The position numbers and the translations under genes are program-made. From Endomicrobiales bacterium (GTDB taxonomy: Bacteria; Elusimicrobiota; Endomicrobiia; Endomicrobiales; CAWCFT01), in contig CAWCFT010000001.1 in the NCBI GenBank assembly GCA_963794945.1, positions 160,001 to 224,000 of the forward strand: a DNA stretch of 64,000 nt, read 5' to 3'. Numbering within the stretch: position 1 is the first letter of the stretch; the number at the start of each line of letters is the position of its first letter. The notes beneath the pieces were generated by a model. That model was given only the letters and a program-made list of their open reading frames with translations. It was not told the DNA's origin and did not search any database. Positions 20,785 through 30,523 of this stretch are shown in pieces.

Positions 20785-21282
20785 TCATTTCAATATTTTC
20801 TGTAAATATACGACATCCAGCACTTTTCCGAATTTTTTTCCGCACCTGCACAAAACACCGACCTCTGAAAACCCAGAACTTCGGGCAAGCCGCAAACTAG
20901 CCTCATTATCAGCCGTAATGCGAAGTATTATTGTGAATAGATTCGTAGTTTTTGCAAGTTCAAGAATATGATCGTTCAATGCACGGCCTACCCCTTTTCT
21001 GCGGTTTTTGCAATCGATATATAACGCCAATTCCGCGGATATATCATAGGCCTTGCGGTCTGACCACCTATTGAGCGCGGCATAACCGACGACAACCCCG
21101 GATATTTCCGCAACTAAAACGGTAAAATCGCTTGTCCTGTTATTGAACCATGCCTGCCGGTTTTCGAGGCTCAGCGGTTCAGTATCGAATGTTGCCGTAG
21201 TTGTAAGAATCGCTTCGTTGTATATAGCGGTAATAGCAGGGACATCTTCGGCGCGCGCAAGCCTGATCTGTAATTGTTCCAT
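20785..21282 (-). CDS. GNAT N-acetyltransferase (YncA/Pat-like)
   Basis: IYNEAI...TATFD, RRKGVG, NEASL, GKKFG. Confidence 0.88.
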   Translation of the reverse strand: MEQLQIRLARAEDVPAITAIYNEAILTTTATFDTEPLSLENRQAWFNNRTSDFTVLVAEISGVVVGYAALNRWSDRKAYDISAELALYIDCKNRRKGVGRALNDHILELAKTTNLFTIILRITADNEASLRLARSSGFSEVGVLCRCGKKFGKVLDVVYLQKILK

Positions 21283-21286
21283 AATT

Positions 21287-22030
21287 TCAATTCTCCTTAT
21301 ATCGCAGGAATCGTTTCCCTGCATATTCGACAGCCATATCGCTTATTTTGCCGCATATCGCAAAAAGCACGATGCTGGCAATAATGATAGCGGGACGGCC
21401 CGTCATCTGCCCGTCATTCATAAGGAAACCCAAACCGCTGCTTGCGCCCATAAGCTCGGCTGCAACAACAAACATCCACCCAAGCCCCAGTCCGCTTCTA
21501 AGCCCCGTGATATAGGCTGGCATCGTAGCTGGCAAAACGACCCTTCGCACCAATTCAAAACCTTTCAGGTTAAAGACTTGCCCTACCTCGACCAGCTTTA
21601 CATCAAGATGCCGTATCCCGCTCATAAGATTCAAATAAACTGGAAAGAGGACGCCGACTGCAATAAGCGTAATTTTTGATGCTTCCTGTATCCCAAGCCA
21701 TAACAGGAACAGCGGCACCCATGCCATTGAAGGTATATTGCGCAAAGCCTGCAATAGTGGGTCGACAAGTTCCCGAAACCGCTTTGAACATCCCGACAAG
21801 ACACCAAGCGCTGTCGCCACTACGACCCCTATGGCAAAACCGGCGGCTACGCGGTAAACTGTAACACTTATGTGTTTGATCAATTCCCCTTGCTTCGCCA
21901 ATTCGGTTGCAGTCGCAAGAACGACCGTCGGCGCTGGAAGCCAATTTGGCGGAAAGTACCCGGCACGCGACAACAGTTCCCATATTACTATTAAAATGGT
22001 CGGTAAGATAAATCCGACCAATACGTTCAT
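21287..22030 (-). CDS. ssuC: Aliphatic sulfonate ABC permease
   Basis: LRNIPSMAWVPLFLLWLG, WMFVVAAELMGASSGLG. Confidence 0.85.
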   Translation of the reverse strand: MNVLVGFILPTILIVIWELLSRAGYFPPNWLPAPTVVLATATELAKQGELIKHISVTVYRVAAGFAIGVVVATALGVLSGCSKRFRELVDPLLQALRNIPSMAWVPLFLLWLGIQEASKITLIAVGVLFPVYLNLMSGIRHLDVKLVEVGQVFNLKGFELVRRVVLPATMPAYITGLRSGLGLGWMFVVAAELMGASSGLGFLMNDGQMTGRPAIIIASIVLFAICGKISDMAVEYAGKRFLRYKEN

Positions 22031-22998
22031 TTCACTGCCTCCCTGGCATATTTCGGCTCAATGAGTTCGTCTGCCGTCTTATTCACATCAATATTTTCGG
22101 CTATAACGGCGTTCTTTTTAAGAACATCGCCAGCCGCCGCTATGGCTTTTTTCTGCTCACTGCCGATGCGCGATTTCGTAATGTCCGTGCGTTCTCCAAG
22201 AACTTTGTCAGCGACCTTATCGCTTACTTTTGACTGAGCTATATAGATCGCTTTGAAGTCTGAAGGATTCGCGATGGCCCAAAGGCGCGCCTTTTCATAA
22301 GCTTTAAGAACACGCAGAATTATTTTTGGCCTATTCTTTATGACGTCTTCCCTGGTGTTAAGTACACCGTATGTATTCAAATTCACGTCGCGTTTAAAAA
22401 GCACTGCTCCGTTATCAACCTCAGCCTGGCCAAGAAGCGGGTCAAGCCCTGCCCATGCATCCACATCTCCGCGAAGGAAGGCATTCTTTCCATCCGCATG
22501 TTGAAGAGCGACGTATTCAATATCCTTGAGCGTCAGCCCCGCCTGATCAAGCGAACGTACAAGGAATACAAACGGATCCGTTCCTCTGGTTGCCGCAACC
22601 TTTTTTCCTTTCAAGTCAGCTACTGTTTTTATTCCGCTGCCAGCCCGAGTTACAAGAGCCGTCCATTCTGGTTTTGAATACACATATATCGATTTCACGG
22701 GATTGCCGTTTGCCCTTGAAATAAACGCGGCCACACCAGCCGTAGAACCAAAATCGATGCTTTTGCTATTTAAATATTCAAGCGCCTTATTACTGCCCTG
22801 GCTGAACACCCATTCCACCTTGATACCGTCTTTCGCCAGGTCTTCCTCTAGATAACCTTTCTCCTTCAAAACAAGGCTGACAGGATTATAGTACGCGTAA
22901 TCCAGCTTTATCGTATTGATATCTTCCTGCGCAAATAAGCTGATTGCCGAAACTGCCAGCACACTCAACACCAGTACTGCATTTTGTATTTTATTCAT
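22027..22998 (-). CDS. ssuA: Aliphatic sulfonate ABC substrate-binding protein
   Basis: Signal peptide; LDYAYYNP, GSNKALE, KPEWTAL, TRGTDP, AWAGLDP. Confidence 0.85.
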   Translation of the reverse strand: MNKIQNAVLVLSVLAVSAISLFAQEDINTIKLDYAYYNPVSLVLKEKGYLEEDLAKDGIKVEWVFSQGSNKALEYLNSKSIDFGSTAGVAAFISRANGNPVKSIYVYSKPEWTALVTRAGSGIKTVADLKGKKVAATRGTDPFVFLVRSLDQAGLTLKDIEYVALQHADGKNAFLRGDVDAWAGLDPLLGQAEVDNGAVLFKRDVNLNTYGVLNTREDVIKNRPKIILRVLKAYEKARLWAIANPSDFKAIYIAQSKVSDKVADKVLGERTDITKSRIGSEQKKAIAAAGDVLKKNAVIAENIDVNKTADELIEPKYAREAVK

Positions 22999-23097
22999 TT
23001 TAGTCTCCTGATGATATTTTTAATTTCAATCAAACCGATATATTTTCCCTGCTTTAGGCCACATTTGGCAACTTACATCGATAATTTCTTATATATA

Positions 23098-23949
23098 TCA
23101 TCTTTTTACCTCCTCAGAACCATGTTCTCTGAGATGTTCCCATTCGCCGTATGGAGCCGGTCTGCGATTGCTTTCGGGAATACCTGCCGGTAATTTGCCT
23201 TCTCTCAAATATCTTACATTGCTACGTTTATACAATACCCTGTCTTTGCCTATAGGGCATACTTTGGCGCATATCCCGCACGGCCAGCAGCTTTGTTTTC
23301 TCAAATCCTGATGCCTTTTTGTGCATCTATTTTTATTCATCTCCGCAATAACCCTGTCTTTATCCGGTTTAAACGCATCCACCGGGCATAATCTGGCGCA
23401 TAAACCGCATTTCGGGCACAACTCTTTCTTTATTACAGGCAGGCCTTCGATTTTGGCTTCTGTAAACACAAACACAAGCCGCACTCTTGGCCCAAATTCA
23501 GGTGTAAGCAGCATATTATTTAAACCAATTGTGCCCAGACCCGCGTATTTACCGGCATATACATGTCCGAATCCCGCGATGGGTTTTCGCCATAGTATTT
23601 CAAGGTTTCCATAACCGTCACGCGGCAAAAATATTGACGCAAACCCCTGATTGTTCAAAAATACTGAAAGCTGATATGCTGTCCTGTCAAGCAGTTGATT
23701 TGTCGTATTATATAGCTCCTGATAATTTATGGACGGCGTGCTTTCAATTATAGGCAAAAGAATAGGGACACCAAGAACAATAACGGTTTGAGCTTCAGTC
23801 CATACTGATTTCGGCCTGTATGGCTCCGGCACTTCGTTGAACTTGTCCCACCGCGAGACTGGCGCAAAACCTACCAGTTCTGCTCCAAGACGCTTAGCTT
23901 CTTTGATTACCTTCGATTTGATATTTTTAACAGCCATATTCTTCTCCAT
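23098..23949 (-). CDS. QueG/reductive-dehalogenase-like 2x[4Fe-4S] protein
   Basis: AGLGTIGLN...TPEFGPRVRL, CPKCGLCARLCP and CWPCGICAKVCP. Confidence 0.8.
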   Translation of the reverse strand: MEKNMAVKNIKSKVIKEAKRLGAELVGFAPVSRWDKFNEVPEPYRPKSVWTEAQTVIVLGVPILLPIIESTPSINYQELYNTTNQLLDRTAYQLSVFLNNQGFASIFLPRDGYGNLEILWRKPIAGFGHVYAGKYAGLGTIGLNNMLLTPEFGPRVRLVFVFTEAKIEGLPVIKKELCPKCGLCARLCPVDAFKPDKDRVIAEMNKNRCTKRHQDLRKQSCWPCGICAKVCPIGKDRVLYKRSNVRYLREGKLPAGIPESNRRPAPYGEWEHLREHGSEEVKR

Positions 23950-23950
23950 A

Positions 23951-24733
23951 TTATATTGTGTACTCTAACAATGTCTTAGCCTGAGCGAAAAACTCATTGA
24001 AAATGCGTTTTCTGTAATCAATAAAACCCGCACTGTGCCTATCTCTGGGCCGCGTAAGATCTATACTGTAAATATTTCGTATCGTACCAGGCCTGTTGGA
24101 CATAACTACTACGCGATCGCCAAGATATACTGCCTCATCTATATCATGCGTAACCAGAATAACTGTTGTTTCTTCAGCCGTACGAATACGCTGGATTTCT
24201 TCATGCATCTGTATTTTGGTAAAAGCATCCAAAGCGCCGAATGGTTCGTCCATAAGCAGAATTTTCGGGCGGTTCACTATCGCCCGGGCTATCGCTGCGC
24301 GCTGAGCCATGCCGCCCGAAAGCTGGTGCGGATAGGATCTCTCAAAACCCTTTAAACCGACCAACTTAATATGTTCCATTATCGAACTATTAGCTTCTGT
24401 ATTACGCTCAGGTAATCCAAATGCGATATTTTCTTCGATCGTAAGCCATGGGAATAACCTGTGCTCCTGAAATACAAATCCACGGTTTGTTCCCGGCCCT
24501 TGTATTGAGCGTCCGTCAATAAGCACTGATCCAGAATACCCATTCTCCAGACCTGCTATAATCCTGAGCAGAGTACTCTTCCCGCACCCGCTTCCGCCAA
24601 CAATGCATATGAACTCTCCCCGCCCGATTTCAAGATTCAAGGACCGAAGCGCGGGCAGAATTTGTTTACGAATGAAAAAATCTTTATTGAGTCCTGAAAT
24701 TGACAATACTGATTGAACTTCATTGTTGGACAT
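23951..24733 (-). CDS. ssuB: Sulfonate/nitrate-type ABC ATP-binding protein
   Basis: GGSGCGKST, LSGGMAQR, LMDEPFGALD. Confidence 0.88.
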   Translation of the reverse strand: MSNNEVQSVLSISGLNKDFFIRKQILPALRSLNLEIGRGEFICIVGGSGCGKSTLLRIIAGLENGYSGSVLIDGRSIQGPGTNRGFVFQEHRLFPWLTIEENIAFGLPERNTEANSSIMEHIKLVGLKGFERSYPHQLSGGMAQRAAIARAIVNRPKILLMDEPFGALDAFTKIQMHEEIQRIRTAEETTVILVTHDIDEAVYLGDRVVVMSNRPGTIRNIYSIDLTRPRDRHSAGFIDYRKRIFNEFFAQAKTLLEYTI

Positions 24734-24745
24734 ATATGACCACCC

Positions 24746-25570
24746 TCATATTTTCTTTTGCTTTGCTACAGGATTTAACAAATACTCTGCATTCTTATAA
24801 TATATTTTGTTTTTAGTTTCTTTACACGGCACTGCTCTTTCTATTATTGTTTTGATCGTTTCTGCTCGCGCCCACGGAAAATCCGTTCCAAAAAGAATTT
24901 TATCTTCGCCGTGCTTCGTGATTATTTCCAGCAGTGAAGAACTTTCTATTCCCTCGATAAACGCAGTATCAAAATACGCTCCTGTTCCCACGAGATATTT
25001 TAGAACCTCGTCCCACATTCTGTATCCGCCCAGGTGAGCGAAAACAAGCTTCAGCCCTTCTATTTTCGTAACTTCTTTAAGGCGCTCAGGAGTGGAACGT
25101 ATGTGGTCCGGGTACGGAAAATCAAAACCCGCGTGGAACGTTACGATTATACCGAACCGTTTGCACGCTTCGTATATCTCGTAAACATCCGGATCATCAG
25201 GATAGAATCTCTGGTATTCGGGATGAAGTTTTATTCCCTTAATCCCATTCTCAGCTAGAAACTGCAGCTCTTCCAAAACGTTGCCTACTTTTCTATATTC
25301 AGGATGCATTGCCCCGAAACAGATAACATCTCCCGGGCTGCCGGCATTAAATTCGATCATTTTCCTGTTTATGCCGCACACCTGCTCCTTCTTGGTAGCC
25401 ACCGGCAAATTCACGGAAATTGAAACCTCATCCTTATCCATAAATTCCCGCAAAGCGGCAACTGTACCGTCGCTGCATGCCTCAAACTTGCCTTCTTTCC
25501 ATAATGCGGCTAAGCTCTGCTGCGCTATCGCGTCAGGGAAATGATGAGTGTGAATATCAATAATTTTCAT
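24746..25570 (-). CDS. Amidohydrolase_2 family hydrolase
   Basis: DIHTH, GIKLHPEYQ, AHLGG, FGTDFPW; paralog of 9196-9987. Confidence 0.9.
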   Translation of the reverse strand: MKIIDIHTHHFPDAIAQQSLAALWKEGKFEACSDGTVAALREFMDKDEVSISVNLPVATKKEQVCGINRKMIEFNAGSPGDVICFGAMHPEYRKVGNVLEELQFLAENGIKGIKLHPEYQRFYPDDPDVYEIYEACKRFGIIVTFHAGFDFPYPDHIRSTPERLKEVTKIEGLKLVFAHLGGYRMWDEVLKYLVGTGAYFDTAFIEGIESSSLLEIITKHGEDKILFGTDFPWARAETIKTIIERAVPCKETKNKIYYKNAEYLLNPVAKQKKI

Positions 25571-25585
25571 ATCACTGCCAGTTCA

Positions 25586-26395
25586 TTATTTTACCGCGAA
25601 CGGCACAACAGCGCCTTTGTAACGCGTTTTAATGAAATCTCTGATCTCTTGTGAACACAGGACCGCTAGCAATTCTTTTACCGCGGGGCGTCCAGTGTCT
25701 CCCTCGCGCACGGCCACAATATTGGCATAATTTCTCGCAGCAACCGAATCAGCCTCTTCCCGCGCAAGAGCATCTTTGTAAGGAGAAAAACCCGCGTCTA
25801 TCGCATAATTGCCGTTGATCACGGCGGCTGATACACTGTCCAAAACCCGGGACAATTGCGCGGCTTCTATCTCAATAAGCGTCACTTTAACGAAATAACT
25901 CTGTATGTCCTTTATTGTCGCATTCAAATTATGTGAATCCTTTAGTTTTATGATGCCTTTATCCTGCAAAAGAATAAGCGCCCGCGCCTCATTGGTTACA
26001 TCGTTGGGTATGGCTATCTTATCGCCAGCACGCAATTCTTTTAGAGACTTTATCTTCTTTGAATATACCCCCAGCGGTTCGTAATGGACAGCTCCCGCGG
26101 AAACCAAAGAAGCGCTATTAGCCTCGTTAAAATTCTTCAGGTATGGGAGATGCTGAAAATAATTCGCGTCAAGGCTCTTGTTCTTAAGCGCTAAATTCGG
26201 TGTCATATAATCGGTAAATACTTTAATTTGAAGGTCTATGCCTTTCGCCTTTAACAAGATCTTTACCTTCTCAAGGATCTCGGCGTGCGGAACAGGTGTT
26301 GCTCCTATAACCAGCACTTCATCCCCTGCGTGTGCGCGAAACACGAATAGAAATAAACTCAATATCATCCAAACTAGATTAAGTTTAACTTTCAT
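25586..26395 (-). CDS. metQ: MetQ/NlpA family substrate-binding protein
   Basis: GATPVPHAEIL, ANYFQHLPYL, IPNDVTNEARAL, INGNYA. Confidence 0.9.
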   Translation of the reverse strand: MKVKLNLVWMILSLFLFVFRAHAGDEVLVIGATPVPHAEILEKVKILLKAKGIDLQIKVFTDYMTPNLALKNKSLDANYFQHLPYLKNFNEANSASLVSAGAVHYEPLGVYSKKIKSLKELRAGDKIAIPNDVTNEARALILLQDKGIIKLKDSHNLNATIKDIQSYFVKVTLIEIEAAQLSRVLDSVSAAVINGNYAIDAGFSPYKDALAREEADSVAARNYANIVAVREGDTGRPAVKELLAVLCSQEIRDFIKTRYKGAVVPFAVK

Positions 26396-26417
26396 ATTAT
26401 GTGCCTGCCTATGCGCA

Positions 26418-27356
26418 TCATATCCATGCCGCCGGATCTACTTTCCCTTTAATATGCCATGTGCCGCGCACTTTTTTCCAGTATTCATCCCGTTCCAATT
26501 CTATAAGCGCGATATCATGGTCATTTAAATGCTTAAATCTGCCTTGTTTGCTTAAATAGTCTTTAACCGGAATAAATGCAGCCGGCCCTTTGTTTAAAAT
26601 GTATTCTCCGTCATAATATTCGCCTAAGATCCATAAACCTGAATCTACCGCTTCGCGGGCGACTTTAACGCATTCTTTTTCACTGAAGCCCCAGCCAGTC
26701 GGGCACGGAGACAGCACATGCAGGTATGAAGTTCCGTTAACCGAAGCGGCGCGCGCAACTTTATTCAGATAATCCTCGGGATACCCGATACTCGCGGTAG
26801 CGGCATAGTCGACACCGTTTGCCGCGGCTATTTCGAACATGTTCTTTTTGCCGGTTGCCGACCCCTTCATCTGAACGCCAACCGGAGAAGTTGTTGTTCT
26901 CGCACCCCTTGGAGTAGCCCCGCTTTTCTGGACACCGGTATTCATGTAGCCTTCATTGTCGTAACAGATATAGATTATCTTCTCGTGCCTGTCTATCGCG
27001 CCGGAAAGAGCCTGTATACCGATGTCGGCTGTCCCACCGTCGCCCGCAAAACCTACCACATGTATATTCTCAAGGCCCAAAGCCCTAGCTCCAGCGGCCA
27101 TACCTGAAAGCATTGAAGCCGTTCCGGCAAAAGTGGAGATAATGGAGTTCACGCCAAATGCCATTTGCGGATAAAGGAACGATACCGCTGAAATACAACC
27201 CGCCGGCACAGCCACAAGAGAACGGCTGCCAAGCACTTTCAAAGCAAGCCGGACAGCCACGCACCCGCCGCAGCCGGCGCAAGCCTTATGCCCTATAAAA
27301 TACTCTTCATCCGGTAATTTAGCCGGAGATACTCTGATATTCGTTAAGTCATTCAT
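26418..27356 (-). CDS. 2-oxoacid:ferredoxin oxidoreductase beta subunit
   Basis: GHKACAGCG, GDGG...YDNEGYMNTG TPP motif, SPCPTGW. Confidence 0.92.
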   Translation of the reverse strand: MNDLTNIRVSPAKLPDEEYFIGHKACAGCGGCVAVRLALKVLGSRSLVAVPAGCISAVSFLYPQMAFGVNSIISTFAGTASMLSGMAAGARALGLENIHVVGFAGDGGTADIGIQALSGAIDRHEKIIYICYDNEGYMNTGVQKSGATPRGARTTTSPVGVQMKGSATGKKNMFEIAAANGVDYAATASIGYPEDYLNKVARAASVNGTSYLHVLSPCPTGWGFSEKECVKVAREAVDSGLWILGEYYDGEYILNKGPAAFIPVKDYLSKQGRFKHLNDHDIALIELERDEYWKKVRGTWHIKGKVDPAAWI

Positions 27357-28541
27357 AATTTTTTTAGCCCAATAAAATGGATCCTTTCTTTGTCATTGCT
27401 GCTCTCCGCTGAACCCAATATCTTGAACATCTTTTCAATATCTTCTTTTGATATATCCCGGCCTCCCAGGCCTGCCACAAAATTATGCGAAAGTTTTACT
27501 GCCCCAGCGTCAAAGAGAGCGGATTTTACGTTAGTATACACTGTCCCCTCGTATCCGAAAGAAATGTCTTTTTCAAGCACTCCTATCGCTTTCGCGTTCA
27601 GGCACGCTGAAGAAACCTCTAACGCGGGGAACGGCCTGACATACCTAAGCCTTAAGAGACCTGCCTTTACGCCTTGCGACCGCAGTTTTTCAATAACCGG
27701 TTTAACCGTACCCGCAACGCTCCCTAAAGTTATCAATATATATTCAGCGTCTTCAGTTCTGTATGTTTCTATGAGACCAGGGTATTTACGTTTGAATATA
27801 TTTTCAAACCTGGCTTCTGTTTCCTTGATAACTCTAGCCGATGACAGCATTGCTTTATGCTGAAGATATTTAAATTCCGTGTTGTCCGTGGCCCCAGCCG
27901 TAAAACCAAGAGACTTTGGCGATTTAATATCCATTTTGTTCGTTGTAATGAACTTGGGCAGGAACTCATCAACTTCCTTCTGATCGGGAATATCAACGGC
28001 CTCATAAGTGTGCGTCAGCACAAAACCGTCAAGGTTCACCATGAACGGGGTAAGAACATCTGAATGTTCCGCTATCGCGAAGGCCTTTATCGTCAGGTCC
28101 AGCGCTTCCTGGGCGTCCGCGGCATAGGCCTGTATCCAGCCGCAGTCCAGCAGGGAAAGAGAATCACGCTGGTCGCCAAGTATATTCCAGGGCAGCGCCA
28201 CTGCACGGTTAGCATTCATCATTACTATCGGGAACCTGCCGCCGGAGGCATAATGCAGGCATTCGGCCATATATAATAGCCCTTGGGACGAAGTTGCCGT
28301 AAAAGTCCGCGCGCCAAGAGCAGATGCCCCTATAAGTGCGGAAAGCGCTGAATGTTCCGATTCCACATACATAAATTCGGTTTTTAACCTTCCATCCGAA
28401 ACCATCTCGGCAAGTCTTTCAACTACAGTTGTCTGAGGAGTAATTGGATATGCCGATATAACGTGCGGGCGCGACAAAAGCGCGCCTTCGGCTACCGCCT
28501 CGTTCCCGAGACATGAATCGCTTATTTATGTTTGCGCTCAT
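27353..28541 (-). CDS. 2-oxoacid:ferredoxin oxidoreductase alpha subunit (frameshift near 28510)
   Basis: GNEAVA, AYPITPQT, VESEHSA, TATSSQGL, GLGGRD. Confidence 0.92.
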
Positions 28542-28837
28542 TTCTTTTCTTTCTCCATTTTTATAGCACCAAATTTACATTCAACAGAACATATTCCGCA
28601 GCCTTTACAGAAGCGCAGGTCAACTCTTACTTTCCTGCCGTCTTTTTCAATGCTCGCATCCGGGCAAAACAGATAGCATCTCATGCAGCCTTTGCAAAGA
28701 TCGCTATCCAGCACCGGCCTCTCGGTTCTCCAGCCTGAACTATCCGAAACCAGATAACCCGACTGAACCACTATCCCTTTCGGATAATCTGACACAGCTG
28801 AATGCGGTTTATGTTTTCTTATTTCAGGCTTTGCCAT
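28538..28837 (-). CDS. 2-oxoacid:ferredoxin oxidoreductase delta subunit
   Basis: WRTERP; CKGCMRCYLFCP and CKGCGICSVEC. Confidence 0.92.
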   Translation of the reverse strand: MAKPEIRKHKPHSAVSDYPKGIVVQSGYLVSDSSGWRTERPVLDSDLCKGCMRCYLFCPDASIEKDGRKVRVDLRFCKGCGICSVECKFGAIKMEKEKK

Positions 28838-29365
28838 TTTTAAAAACGCTCCACGAGTATTTCAGCAGTTCAACATTTTTTCCCGCCTGTTTGATCCCAG
28901 AATCTTCTAAAATTGCCTTTGCCGCGCTATCTATGTCGACAATACCAGAAACGGCGATCAAAGCGCCAAGCAAAGCGGTGTTAACAATAGGTTTTCCAAA
29001 GAATTTAACACCGGCTTCGACCCCGTTAAAACTTATAACCCTGACCTCATCGCTTAGAACCGGGAACAGATCAAGCTCAGTGTTGACAATAAGAATGCCG
29101 CCTGGTTTTAACCCTCTTGCTACATTTTCATCCAGAATAGAATCGTCCAACACTACCACGTATTCACAGGATTTAATTTCACTGCGGTCTGTAACGGGTT
29201 GATTGTCGATGCGGGTAAAACCGACCATGGGCGCGCCCCTTCTTTCAGGTCCGAATGACGGGAAGGCAAGCGCGTGAAGGCCTTCGCGCACCGCGCCGCC
29301 CCCAATATCCTTGCGGCAGTAAAACATCCCTGCCCCCCTCTGCCGTGCCATCTGACCGAGATCAT
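28824..29365 (-). CDS. 2-oxoacid:ferredoxin oxidoreductase gamma subunit (frameshift near 29300)
   Basis: RWHGRGGQG, then FPSFGPERRGAP and NTALLGA in the next frame. Confidence 0.9.
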
Positions 29366-30519
29366 ATTTTTGCCTTTAATTTCAAAAGTTTTATGCCCGC
29401 CAGGTCGAGCGTCTCAAGTTTTTTCGCAAAATGGAACCTTACAAGATTTTTAACTGGCTCTTTAAAGAAGCTTGAGCCGGGTACACCTGCAACACCTATT
29501 TCCTTAACAAGCCACTCAGCGAACTTTACATCATCGTTCCAGCCCAGTGGGTTTATATCAACAAGAACATAGTAAGCTCCCTGAGGTTCGGTATATTTCA
29601 ACCCTGTTCCATCAAGATACCACAGGAACCTTTTCTTGAGGTTTGTATACTTCTCCCTTAATTCCTCATAATATGAAGCCGGCAGCTCAAGCCCTGGAAC
29701 AACAGCCTCCTGCAATGGCGCCGCGCTTCCACGGTTAAAAAATCGTGTACCTTTTTGGCGCCGTCAATTATTTCTTTTGGCGCTATGATATAACCCAAAC
29801 GCCAGCCGGTTATCGCGTAAGTTTTTGAAAGAGAACTACAGGAAATAGTTCTTTTGAACATATCAGGCAATGTTGAAATGTAATGGTGCCTGTGCCGGCT
29901 CGTAGATAATATGTTCATAAACTTCGTCGGTTATTACGAACGCGTCATACTCTTTGGCAAGGCCGGCGATAAATTCCAGTTCTTCTTTTGTAAACACCTT
30001 GCCTGTCGGGTTTGAAGGGTTGCACAGAATAAGGGCTTTGACACCCTGTTTGAAAGCCTGCCTCAACTCCTCTTTATCAAAACCAAAATTTGGCGGATAC
30101 AAAGGAACATAAACCGGTTCGGCCCCTGATAAGATAGCGTCCGCGGCATAGTTCTCGTAAAATGGCGAGAACACTATAACTTTATCTCCGGGGTTGCAGG
30201 CCGTCATCATCGCGGCCATCATGGCTTCCGTGCTGCCGCAGGTTACGACTATGTTTTCATCAGGGTCAATTTCGAGCCCCGTAAACTTATAATGTTTTTT
30301 AGCCAGCGCCTTTCTAAAATTCTCGGCGCCCCAGGTAACGGCATACTGATGAGGCCCTTTTCTTGCGCCTTTCCCCAGAGCCCGAACGATTACCTGCGGA
30401 GGATCAAAATCAGGGAATCCCTGTGAAAGATTTATAGCTCCATACCTGTTTGAGAGGCGCGTCATTGACCTTATCACTGATTCTGTAAATCCCTGGAGCC
30501 TCCTGCTTGTATTCGGCAT
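29362..30519 (-). CDS. Class I/II PLP aminotransferase (two frameshifts near 29890 and 29720)
   Basis: INLSQGFPDF, NPSNPTG, DEVYEH, SLSKTYAITGWRLGY, PQGAYY, VPGSSF. Confidence 0.92.
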
Positions 30520-30523
30520 ATTC

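Noticed and set aside
12986..30519. Terminal Ile of NadA (EKI), ThiE (KRI), aminotransferase (AKI) and amidohydrolase (KKI) as CysK tails
   Set aside because: Basic residues before Ile do not fit the GxGI or acidic-aromatic-x-I pattern; they show a background of Ile-ending proteins that must be controlled for
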